IMG/VR virus record: IMGVR_UViG_3300023184_004198
Span: 1 to 64,000 of that record
Reading direction: 5' to 3' (one strand)
DNA: 64,000 bases
Shown here one piece after another: positions 17,801 to 25,585 of the stretch. The notes below the pieces were generated by a model. The model was not told the DNA's origin and did no database searches. It saw only the letters and a program-made list of their open reading frames with translations. Each line of letters opens with the position of its first letter. Position 1 is the first letter of the stretch. Position numbers and translations under genes: made by a program.

Positions 17801-18775
17801 AGTCACTTGGACAATTCAGGTGTTATTTTGATCAGCAACACTTGTGTGCCCTTGGTAAGTCACTGGGGTTCAGCAGTTATCATGGACGGTAACTTCAACG
17901 GTGACGAAGGCTTCTCATTCACATACAATCGCAGCAACTACGGCTTGCCGGCCACAACAGGTGCCAGCCAGACTGCGTTCTTGATGCGCTTGGCACCCAG
18001 TGTTTCAAACAGTGTTATTGGTGACTTGGGTGTGCGTGATCTTATCAATCGTGCGCAGTTGACCCTGCAAACGCTGACAGTGAATGTGAGTGCGGGACGA
18101 TACATTGTGACAGGTATTTTGAATCCCAACAACATTGACTCGGCCAACACTGTGTGGGCTGGCCTGAACAATGCTGGCGGTGGTTTCCAGCCCAGTTTTA
18201 CACAGTTTGCTGTGGCTCCTCGATACAACAACGAAACCACAGGTGGTGTGCAGGCTGCACCACTCAATACCACAGGTGGTTTCTCGCGATCAGGCACCAT
18301 GGTCAGTTCAAGCAGTGTTAAAACATTCTCTGGGCTGAGTCTGACCAATGTATCCAGTTCAGGTTCAACAGCCAACGTCACAGTGACATTGCAGGCATTG
18401 AAAACTGCATATAGTGATACCACAACTGCACTCTCCATTCAAAATCCTGGCACAGGATATGCTGTGGGCGATACTGTGAAGATTCTTGGTAGTGCATTGG
18501 GCGGAACAAGTCCTGCCAACGACTTGTTCTTGACCGTGGCTGCGGTATCAGCAGACGTCACAGGCGGTGAACGACTGTTTGCCATACCAATTCAGGCCAC
18601 AGGTGTCAACAATTTGGATCTAACACAGATCAAGCAAATTGGACAAAGTTCAATTCCAGGTACAGGTACCTATCCCAACGGACCAGAAGTGCTGGCTGTG
18701 GTGATCACAGCACTGAGCACACAGTCCAGCCCGGTTGGTGAGATTCAGTTGAGTTTCCAAGAAAGCCAGGCCTAA
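14819..18775 (+). CDS. Large virion structural protein (1318 aa)
   Basis: Thr/Ser/Gly/Asn-rich multi-beta-domain ORF at the end of the fibre operon, with motifs DAIGRSRVSNPESLIDADFEYG and TKKYFRYQSGKG. Confidence 0.65.
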   Translation: MARKRIYEYVFTPGTAGLGTVQVQDRINLEDFLAIYDTTTNTSIYNFGAPTQGGTVSFSTGTIAGLPNAYAGVTTLNLDLDTSTLSANDKLAIYVEDRNISTQPWEFGLDAIGRSRVSNPESLIDADFEYGLQNTKWQNVSTINNIPSFYEDVGADLVYNTNGYATLLSSTNLLTSNVDTSVNTADAGTPPFITNDYALLISQTQGNVTPFVTSYLTANVNSSAERTFTVASTTGLSALDNIMLIGLPTSGGTTIAVANITSNATTTVNVTSAAGAGIVAGTYVIAQTATANVYEVMAVTSVSTNALTVVRQSNGTNPSAANINIGANIFVASTIEVAQVQEVTDGTTLQLNRGWYNIPAANTFPTGTVFQKLSSNVELVKMTTASTAVNGTQTISRTQFNTTALTTAGIGSPLIRMTGIFYGGSNTVPTVTVNVTDTPLDANEYVSLQNTSATNAEGINIVYLGETNNFAYYPRRSIAVAPGYPLNQTDTAVRQAFPYTGADLDIVSIASDGGNPSIITVTTLYAHGLFPGCPITVDMTAGTNTAYAEGSFIINAIPSTTTFQFQAKTGAVVSGSLSGVINVRSNAIFLARPFDGGVLMGPGTPTRGASATRVTKKYFRYQSGKGILFSTGTVLAPTLDVSSVTSSGTAINSNITITTDAEHGLNAGATIALSGITTSGYDDTGYVVTSITSDTAFVVQAQNVLGSATPVLGQQPRINVTGWSGSCIRAGLFDDQNGLFWENNGVSVNAVQRTSTFQTAGLVNVSVGSNLVTGDGNCRFQDQLNVGDVVVIRGMTHSVASITNNNRMTVVPTFRGVSNQTRVKMALRNEIRVRQADFNIDPLDGTGASGFNLDASKMQMYALEYSWYGAGTVIWMLRGQDGKFNWAHRRPNNNLNNEAYMRSGNLPARYEAINETPVNSLNGAITDSQTTITLRDATDYPPASVTYPSYVMIDSEVIKYSGKNGNDLTGCTRGATFTQWAEGQSRSYTSSAATSHLDNSGVILISNTCVPLVSHWGSAVIMDGNFNGDEGFSFTYNRSNYGLPATTGASQTAFLMRLAPSVSNSVIGDLGVRDLINRAQLTLQTLTVNVSAGRYIVTGILNPNNIDSANTVWAGLNNAGGGFQPSFTQFAVAPRYNNETTGGVQAAPLNTTGGFSRSGTMVSSSSVKTFSGLSLTNVSSSGSTANVTVTLQALKTAYSDTTTALSIQNPGTGYAVGDTVKILGSALGGTSPANDLFLTVAAVSADVTGGERLFAIPIQATGVNNLDLTQIKQIGQSSIPGTGTYPNGPEVLAVVITALSTQSSPVGEIQLSFQESQA

Positions 18776-19197
18776 GAACCAGCAGCAAGATAACGCTCTA
18801 CAGTGTCTATCTTGCTCTGCACTGCTTCTATGTTCACTGTTGACCACAGGCCAGGATGCATGGGTCTAGGCCATTGACCTCGATCAATCCAGGCATAGCC
18901 CATGTGTTCTTCATTGAGCACAGGCACAAACTCATCTGTGACAACACATACCCAGGTGTTGTATTCAAACTGACCATCTGCTGATGTGAATTTTTCCAGT
19001 GGAACCAAACGTTGATATTCAGGCATTGCACCCAGTTCTTCAATGCATTCACGTTCCATGGCACCCAACAATGTTTCGCCTGACTCTACTTTGCCGCCAG
19101 GCAGTCCCCATGAGCCAGGATGACGTGTGTCATTGCGCAACAGATACAAATACCGTCCAGTGGCGCTGCTACGGAACCAAACTCCCACTGCCTTCAA
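18772..19197 (-). CDS. NUDIX hydrolase
   Basis: Nudix box GGKVESGETLLGAMERECIEELG. Start placed at the TTG overlapping the upstream TGA (MKAVGVWF). Confidence 0.9.
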   Translation of the reverse strand: MKAVGVWFRSSATGRYLYLLRNDTRHPGSWGLPGGKVESGETLLGAMERECIEELGAMPEYQRLVPLEKFTSADGQFEYNTWVCVVTDEFVPVLNEEHMGYAWIDRGQWPRPMHPGLWSTVNIEAVQSKIDTVERYLAAGS

Positions 19198-20597
19198 AGC
19201 ACAATTCTCCAGGTGCCTCCTGGATATGCACCTTGGTAACTTTTGACCCAAGCATCACCCATCCAGCGATATTGAATGCCTGTGGTAAGGTTTGTGACAT
19301 ACTGTGTAGTATTGGTTTCTGTGGCGGCACGGAATACCACACGCCAGTAGTTGTTTGAGTATTGAATGATGTCATTGGCCTGCGCCACTAGCCCACGTCC
19401 ATTAGCACCAACCCATGCACTGGCAGGATTGGGATTGTCCAATGACCCTGTGTCTTCTGTGAGCAAATAGCGTTGGCCATCAATGGCACTGTCTAGCCCA
19501 TCTTGTGGACCAGAAGTCAATGGATTGATCACAGCATCAATAGGATCCAGTGTATTTTGTGGTGTGGTGTCAATGTCCACATCAAACAATAAAAATCTAT
19601 CGTCGTTGGGGTCTAATGCAATGGTACCCACAACTTCTGTCTCGTCAGGTTGTATCAATCGTATTTGACTGATGCCAGGACGCAATGATCCATACAAGTC
19701 AATCACTGCTGGCCACAACAAATTTGAATCAGGCACAATTTCAGTTGGAGCCAATGAATCATTACTGGGTTCTTCGGCAAGATACTTTTGTTGCAAACAC
19801 TGTAGTTTGTTGCCAATTAGCACAGCGGCATAGTTGAACGGAGTAATAACTTGTCTGGTGCCCATCAGCAGGTCTTCGTTGTCAATGGCGTTGTTCAAGT
19901 CACCTTGTGCATCGTACATTGACGCAATCACACGCTCAATCACACCCAGTTTCAACACTTTGGCAGGAGGTGATATCCAGATAGGCATGCTGAATTGCAG
20001 TGTGGCAATGTCAATGGGATTTTCTGTGCTAATGGGCACCGTGCGACTGCTCCAAGTGGTGCGATCCAGGTACATCACACTCAAACTGGTCCAGTCAATG
20101 TAGTTGTCAGTGCTTTGAATTTCCAAACTGGGATTGAACAGCGTTAGTATTTGTTCTAAAATTTGCAATTTTTGATTGGTATTTGATGTCCATATGTCCA
20201 AATTGATAGTGAGCTTGAATGGCACAGGCATCAATCGTTCAATAGTAAACGCATTGCCTTGTGTGGTTTCATAAGTTTCAGTGGCAGGGTCGTAAGTTTG
20301 TTGACGCACGTTGATTCTGCTGACAAAGTAAGGGTCTTGCATGCGACTTTGTTCATAGTCCAGGCCAGTGATATAAAAAGTCATCAATGGAGTAGAGGGC
20401 AAACTGTTACGACTGTTTTCTTGTATGATAGTTTGAGCATTACGTGTAGCATCGCCATATCGCACAGGCACACGAATCAAGGCGGCAGCATTTACTCCGT
20501 CGTTTTCGTTGGCATACTCTACTTGAAATCCTGAAAAGATTCTGGTGAATTGCAGTAAGAATCTGCGTATTTGTTCATCGTAAAAAAATTGCTGAAT
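19194..20597 (-). CDS. gp15: Tail sheath stabiliser/terminator, gp15-like, with C-terminal extension; probable ATT start
   Basis: gp15-like core VPVRYGD...PLMTFYITGLDYEQSR...PVPFKLTINLDIWT...LEQILTLFNP. The frame is open 39 codons upstream of the track start, to ATT-CAG-CAA-TTT-TTT-TAC behind SD GGAG. Confidence 0.7.
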   Translation of the reverse strand: MQQFFYDEQIRRFLLQFTRIFSGFQVEYANENDGVNAAALIRVPVRYGDATRNAQTIIQENSRNSLPSTPLMTFYITGLDYEQSRMQDPYFVSRINVRQQTYDPATETYETTQGNAFTIERLMPVPFKLTINLDIWTSNTNQKLQILEQILTLFNPSLEIQSTDNYIDWTSLSVMYLDRTTWSSRTVPISTENPIDIATLQFSMPIWISPPAKVLKLGVIERVIASMYDAQGDLNNAIDNEDLLMGTRQVITPFNYAAVLIGNKLQCLQQKYLAEEPSNDSLAPTEIVPDSNLLWPAVIDLYGSLRPGISQIRLIQPDETEVVGTIALDPNDDRFLLFDVDIDTTPQNTLDPIDAVINPLTSGPQDGLDSAIDGQRYLLTEDTGSLDNPNPASAWVGANGRGLVAQANDIIQYSNNYWRVVFRAATETNTTQYVTNLTTGIQYRWMGDAWVKSYQGAYPGGTWRIVL

Positions 20598-20611
20598 TTT
20601 AATTCTCCTGG

Positions 20612-21952
20612 TTAGGTGCCAGGCGGTAAGAAGCCACCTTGATCACCATTGTCTGCTCGGGGGCGAAGAATTTCGCTCAAACTCTGACGACTTGGAATGT
20701 TACCCAGGTCTTTGGTGCTGACAGTAGCAGTGTTATTTACGAAGCCACTACGCAGTGTTTTATTTGTTGGACCATTGTTGAGATTGGTGCGAACTTTGTC
20801 ATCGACTTTGACCCAACGTGCGCCATCATAACGGAATAACCGATTGGGTTTGTAATCTAGGCGTAGCACATAAGCACCTGCCACAGGATTGGGTGGGAAG
20901 TTCACCGCAGGAGTAACTGGCAAACCATTGGGTGCCGCACCGCCACCAGTGAGGTAACCGGCAGCATATCCTTCTCCTGTGGGAGTAACACTGCCACCAC
21001 CTTGTGTACCGTCTACTGTGGTAGTTTCATCAGCGGTCAAACTGGTAGGATTGGCTGGTGTACCTGTCAACGTAGTAGGCTCAATGTAGAATGTGGTATT
21101 GTCGTAACCTGACAGCGGCACTTCTGCGTCTGCTTGTGCCAAGATGGCGTCATTGATTTCGGTGTCTTTGTTGCGTGTGCCTTGAACATCGCTGATGGTA
21201 CTTGGTGTGTACTCTTGCCAAAACGTAGTATTTGTAATATCGGTATCAGCAGGCACATTGCTTTGTGCTTGGTAATAAGTGTTACCATAGTTTACAATGG
21301 TACCAGTGGGATAAAAATTGCCCGGATCCCATATATTTTCTGCCACAAAAGGCTTGTTGGTAATTTGGTTGAACTCTTGTTGATCCTTCATGGGTGTGCA
21401 TTTCACACGCCACAAGTGCGGCAACCAAGTTACTGAAAAGCCTTCTGAAGCATAGTCAGCATCTTGAATCACGTAGTATCTGGGCAAGGCTCGTGGTATG
21501 TTTTGATTCAGTGGATGATAGTCTTTGAGATTGGGAATCTCTATCACATCACCGTTCATGAGTTTGCGACCAAATGTGTCAATCATGTCGTTGTAGTGAA
21601 ACGTCATGAATATGGTGTCATTGTTTAAAAACAAACCAAATTGAGTCAAATCAAAGTCCACGTCCTGGGTGTTGTACACACCGCGCATGACATACACATC
21701 AGGGTCATACACTCGGTCGCGGTTTTCCAGCAACAGCAGGTCTTGAATGTTTAGCACATCCACAGTTTCATATGTGGGCTGTGTGGCGTCAAAGTTGCCA
21801 CTCAATGCTGAATCATTGCCTCCGGCCTGCGGTCCTTTGTACTTGTGAACATAAATGTCCAAGCCGCCCACAGTGTACATTTCACTGATGGTGCGGTCCA
21901 GGAATTGATAATCTCTGGTGCGATTTGGGCGGTATAGGGATAAGCGTGGCAT
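20612..21952 (-). CDS. gp14: Neck/head-closure protein, gp14-like, with accessory domains
   Basis: LLLLENRDRVYD...DLTQFGLF...IFMTFHYNDM...GDVIEIPNL...HLWRVKCTP pattern, adjacent to gp15- and gp13-like genes. Confidence 0.65.
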   Translation of the reverse strand: MPRLSLYRPNRTRDYQFLDRTISEMYTVGGLDIYVHKYKGPQAGGNDSALSGNFDATQPTYETVDVLNIQDLLLLENRDRVYDPDVYVMRGVYNTQDVDFDLTQFGLFLNNDTIFMTFHYNDMIDTFGRKLMNGDVIEIPNLKDYHPLNQNIPRALPRYYVIQDADYASEGFSVTWLPHLWRVKCTPMKDQQEFNQITNKPFVAENIWDPGNFYPTGTIVNYGNTYYQAQSNVPADTDITNTTFWQEYTPSTISDVQGTRNKDTEINDAILAQADAEVPLSGYDNTTFYIEPTTLTGTPANPTSLTADETTTVDGTQGGGSVTPTGEGYAAGYLTGGGAAPNGLPVTPAVNFPPNPVAGAYVLRLDYKPNRLFRYDGARWVKVDDKVRTNLNNGPTNKTLRSGFVNNTATVSTKDLGNIPSRQSLSEILRPRADNGDQGGFLPPGT

Positions 21953-21956
21953 GGTA

Positions 21957-21964
21957 TATTTATA
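21957..21964 (-). promoter_or_regulatory. Late promoter TATAAATA, 4 nt before ATG
   Basis: Minus strand TATAAATA-tacc-ATG (ATG at 21952). Confidence 0.8.
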
Positions 21965-21990
21965 GTACTTTGGGTTTACCTTTTCAGTGC

Positions 21991-22019
21991 TTGACCAATA
22001 ATGCCGTTTCTGCTATAAT
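21991..22019 (+). promoter_or_regulatory. Sigma70-type early promoter
   Basis: TTGACC-N17-TATAAT with an extended -10 TG, upstream of SD AAGGAG and ATG 22047. Confidence 0.8.
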
Positions 22020-22046
22020 TACGTATAAATTCACTAAGGAGCCCTG

Positions 22047-23180
22047 ATGAACGCAACACGAGCCGCTGTCAAGCCAATGAATCCTCGCAGTCCTGATACC
22101 AAATACACAGGACTGGAACCCACATGGCGTGTGCAACCCACAGACGATCGCACCAGCCAACTCAGTGCTGCCTTTTCGTGGTATAACTATTTTTATGGCA
22201 AGAAAGATGCTCGCGAAATGCTGGTGGCATACCTGGAACATCACGGACGCAAAGCAGATGTCCGCGCCCTCAAAGGCGTGCCAGACTCAGCAGTTCGACT
22301 GACCACTGCATGGTTGTGCCGCATGAGCATGGTGGGACTGGAACTCACTGATTCAGAGCAAGTTAGATTAGAAGGCTATATTCAAGAAATTCTAAAAGCC
22401 CGTGAGCCTGAAGTAGTAGTGGAGGCCGCACCCGTAGTAGCCAAGCCCAACATTCAAGATCGCCTGCGTGAAAAGGTATCAGAGTGTGCAGGTGAACTGG
22501 ATGGCATGTTTGATGAGTTTGTGATCAACGGTGCCAAGATGAGTGCGGACTACAAACCCATCACAGTGATCCGTGGCATGAACGTGGCACCACAAATGAT
22601 TTCAGACATTGCCAACTTGTGGAAGCAAAAACTCGCAGAGTTTGAAACTGCTATTGAGGGCAAGGATCCACAAGTTGTAGAGGGCTACAGCAATTTCTCT
22701 AAAATTCAAATGCGCAACATTGTGAAGTTCTGCGAAGCAGTGATCAATGACTGTGGCGCCTATGTACAGATCAAGAAGGTCGAACGCAAACCGCGCAAGG
22801 TCAAGTCAGTGCCACCTGAGAAACGGGCTGCCAAGTTTAAAGTGCTCATGGATTTTCCCGAGCTCAAGCTCAAAGGTTTTCCAGCCGCAAGTTTGGTGGA
22901 CAAAGCCGAAGCATGGTTGTATGACACCAAAAAGCGCAAGTTGATCCATCTTGTGGCTGACAGCCATACACAGGCGTTTACTGTAAAAAGCAACAGCATC
23001 ATTGGTTTCAGCACTGTGGAGACCATGCAAAAAACTGTGCGCAAGCCAGCAGATGTTGTTAAGGCTGTGCAAGCCGCAGGCAAACCGGCAGCACGTAAAA
23101 TCTACAAAGATCTCTCTACAACAGAAACTCCGTTCAACGGACGTGGTACGGAGAACTTGATGATCCTAAAAGCCTGGTAA
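22047..23180 (+). CDS. Hypothetical phage protein (early-expressed)
   Basis: 377 aa ORF with SD and sigma70 promoter. I cannot assign a function. Confidence 0.6.
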   Translation: MNATRAAVKPMNPRSPDTKYTGLEPTWRVQPTDDRTSQLSAAFSWYNYFYGKKDAREMLVAYLEHHGRKADVRALKGVPDSAVRLTTAWLCRMSMVGLELTDSEQVRLEGYIQEILKAREPEVVVEAAPVVAKPNIQDRLREKVSECAGELDGMFDEFVINGAKMSADYKPITVIRGMNVAPQMISDIANLWKQKLAEFETAIEGKDPQVVEGYSNFSKIQMRNIVKFCEAVINDCGAYVQIKKVERKPRKVKSVPPEKRAAKFKVLMDFPELKLKGFPAASLVDKAEAWLYDTKKRKLIHLVADSHTQAFTVKSNSIIGFSTVETMQKTVRKPADVVKAVQAAGKPAARKIYKDLSTTETPFNGRGTENLMILKAW

Positions 23181-23183
23181 ATA
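23178..23183 (+). promoter_or_regulatory. Late promoter box TAAATA
   Basis: Overlaps the stop codon of the 22047 gene, upstream of the gp13-like gene. Confidence 0.6.
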
Positions 23184-23202
23184 CAGGGACTTGGAGTCCC
23201 AC

Positions 23203-23973
23203 ATGCCAGAACAGCAACAACAATCACTGTCCACACTGAAGCAAAACTTAATTGAATATGTCAAACTTCAGTTGGGCGGTGATATCATTGACCTAGAACT
23301 AGATCCTTCACACTACGAAGCGGCTTATCAAAAAACCATTGGCACTTATCGCCAACGAGCCAACAACGCCTATGAAGAGAGTTATAGTTTCATGCAGTTG
23401 GTTTCGGACGTTAACATTTACGAACTGCCCCAAGAAGTTGTAAGTGTGCGTCAAATATTCCGCAGAACATTTGGCGATAGTTCAGGACCGTTTGCATCAA
23501 ACTTTGATCCGTTTGCACAGGCTTCAATCAATGTGTACTTGATGAACTTCAACGTGGCGGGTGGTTTGGCCACTTACGATTTCTATACTCAATACATTGA
23601 ACTGGCTGGGCGCATGTTTGGTGCGTACATGAACTATACTTGGAATCCAGTTACCAAAAAACTGCAACTGATCCGTGATCCCAAAGGTTCAGGAGAAACT
23701 GTGTTGTTGTGGACCTACAACTTGAAGCCTGAATTTAATTTGCTCAGCGACTACCAAATCTCGCAATGGATCCGTGACTACATGGTGGCCAACTGCAAAA
23801 TGATCATTGGCGAAGCACGTGAGAAATTTGGCACTATTGCCGGACCGCAAGGTGGCGGTAGTTTAAATGGTGCAGCCATGAAGTCAGAAGCCAAAGTAGA
23901 AATGGACTTGTTGATCAATCAATTGGTAATGTATGTGGATGGAAGTCAGCCTCTTACATTTGTTATTGGCTAA
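23203..23973 (+). CDS. gp13: Neck/head-tail adaptor, gp13-like
   Basis: LIEYVKLQLGGDIIDLELD...YELPQEVVSVRQIF...WIRDYMVANCKMIIGEAREKF...GGSLNG. Start placed at the ATG behind GGAG. Confidence 0.8.
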   Translation: MPEQQQQSLSTLKQNLIEYVKLQLGGDIIDLELDPSHYEAAYQKTIGTYRQRANNAYEESYSFMQLVSDVNIYELPQEVVSVRQIFRRTFGDSSGPFASNFDPFAQASINVYLMNFNVAGGLATYDFYTQYIELAGRMFGAYMNYTWNPVTKKLQLIRDPKGSGETVLLWTYNLKPEFNLLSDYQISQWIRDYMVANCKMIIGEAREKFGTIAGPQGGGSLNGAAMKSEAKVEMDLLINQLVMYVDGSQPLTFVIG

Positions 23974-23999
23974 ACTGCATACACTTTTTTCTAAAATCC

Positions 24000-24008
24000 T
24001 GCTATAAT
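24000..24008 (+). promoter_or_regulatory. Extended -10 sigma70 promoter
   Basis: TGcTATAAT, 5 nt before ATG 24014. Confidence 0.6.
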
Positions 24009-24013
24009 GTGGC

Positions 24014-24535
24014 ATGGACTTAATGATCGACATCGAAGGTTTGGCAACAGGCCCTGAGACCACAATATTGACCATTGCGGCACAGGCATTTGACCCTCTT
24101 GGCAAGGGCTACTACGAGCACAAGTATTATGCCCGAGTTGATCTCGAAAGCCAAGAAAATCGCACCATTGAACAAGGCACCATAGACTGGTGGGCCACAC
24201 AACCCGCTGCCGCACGTGACGAAGCCTTCAATGAGGTGGGACGTATTCCCTTGGACCAAGCCCTGGATGAGCTTCATAAACTTTGCTGGAAATGCAATCG
24301 TATCTGGATGAATGGTCCCACATACGATGCCAACATCCTGGAGCATGCCTACAAGAGTTATGGTAAACCACTACCTTGGCAATATTATAAGATCTGTGAT
24401 GCAAGGACGGTATATAAGCTGTATCCAGGGTTGCCCAAGCCGCCTACCAGTCATCATGCGCTGGAAGACTGCCGCAGACAAATTGACTTGTTACAAGCAA
24501 CCTTGGCACATTTAAACATCAAAGAACTGGCATGA
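24014..24535 (+). CDS. DEDDh 3'-5' exonuclease (DUF5051/DexA-like)
   Basis: MIDIEGL...WMNGPTYD...HHALEDCRRQ catalytic pattern. Confidence 0.85.
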   Translation: MDLMIDIEGLATGPETTILTIAAQAFDPLGKGYYEHKYYARVDLESQENRTIEQGTIDWWATQPAAARDEAFNEVGRIPLDQALDELHKLCWKCNRIWMNGPTYDANILEHAYKSYGKPLPWQYYKICDARTVYKLYPGLPKPPTSHHALEDCRRQIDLLQATLAHLNIKELA

Positions 24536-25182
24536 TCATTGGAATTTGTGGATTTATTGGCTCGGGCAAAGATACCATTGCAGACTATCTTGTGAATCTA
24601 CATCACTTCCGACGTGAAAGTTTTGCCAACACACTCAAAGATGCTGTAGCACAGGTGTTTGGCTGGGACAGAACCATGCTGGAAGGCCGCACAAAACAGG
24701 CCCGTGAGTGGCGAGAACAAGTGGATCCTTGGTGGGCCCAACGCCTGGGCATACCACACCTAACTCCCCGTTATATTCTACAACAGTGGGGCACAGAAGT
24801 GTGCCGTAAGAACTTTCACGATGATATCTGGATTGCCAGCTTGGAAAACAAACTGCGCAATTCCAAAGACGATGTTGTCATAAGTGATTGCAGATTTCCC
24901 AACGAAATCCGTGCTATCAAACAATCAGGTGGCATAGTGGTGCGTGTTGTTCGTGGTCCTGAGCCTAAGTGGTATGATGCGGCTGTAAGTGTAAACCGTG
25001 GTCCCAACGGCAACAGTACCTGGGCCTTGAGTGGACGAAAATTAGAACAACTAGGTGTGCATGCTAGTGAAACATCATGGGTAGGCACTAATTTTGATGT
25101 AGTACTAGACAACAACGGCACACTAGATGACTTGTATCAGCAGGTCAAGCGTCTGGTTCAAGATCACCCGCCCGCCATGTGA
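24532..25182 (+). CDS. gp1: Deoxynucleoside monophosphate kinase
   Basis: P-loop GICGFIGSGKDT, FANTLKD, LQQWGTEVCR and VISDCRFPNE. Confidence 0.9.
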   Translation: MIIGICGFIGSGKDTIADYLVNLHHFRRESFANTLKDAVAQVFGWDRTMLEGRTKQAREWREQVDPWWAQRLGIPHLTPRYILQQWGTEVCRKNFHDDIWIASLENKLRNSKDDVVISDCRFPNEIRAIKQSGGIVVRVVRGPEPKWYDAAVSVNRGPNGNSTWALSGRKLEQLGVHASETSWVGTNFDVVLDNNGTLDDLYQQVKRLVQDHPPAM

Positions 25183-25489
25183 CTTCTACTCGGGCTATTT
25201 CTTCCACACAGTTACGACAAACTGTGCGTAAGTTTCTTACAGTGGCATTATTGAGATCTCCATCAATGTGATACACCAATAACTGACTAGCAAACCTGGC
25301 TTTAAACCCGCATCTATCACATGCGGGTTTTTTCTTGTACCCTGCGGACTTCCAACGTGGTTCCCTAGGCTTGATTCCTTTGCCCTTGCGCTGACAAGTC
25401 TCACATCTACTGCGATAGTGCGTGACATCTTCTCGAATGTAGTTCACAGCACAAGGACGTTGATTGCAGGCTCGACAAATGGGTCTCAT
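25145..25489 (-). CDS. Small Zn-binding HNH endonuclease-like protein
   Basis: CxxC pairs plus HIDGDLNN...NLRTVCRNC. ATG 25489 lies 4 nt after a TAAATA box. Confidence 0.7.
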   Translation of the reverse strand: MRPICRACNQRPCAVNYIREDVTHYRSRCETCQRKGKGIKPREPRWKSAGYKKKPACDRCGFKARFASQLLVYHIDGDLNNATVRNLRTVCRNCVEEIARVEVTWRAGDLEPDA

Positions 25490-25493
25490 GGAG

Positions 25494-25499
25494 TATTTA
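25494..25499 (-). promoter_or_regulatory. Late promoter box TAAATA, 4 nt before ATG
   Basis: Minus strand TAAATA-ctcc-ATG (ATG at 25489). Confidence 0.7.
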
Positions 25500-25554
25500 G
25501 TACCTGGACCTTTGCCAAAGGGTGCTGTAAACTGGGTTTTTTTGGGTATGCCAA

Positions 25555-25560
25555 TAAATA
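25555..25560 (+). promoter_or_regulatory. Late promoter box TAAATA
   Basis: Upstream of the sheath gene SD AAGGA. Confidence 0.65.
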
Positions 25561-25585
25561 TCAATAACTTGAAAAGGAACCAACC

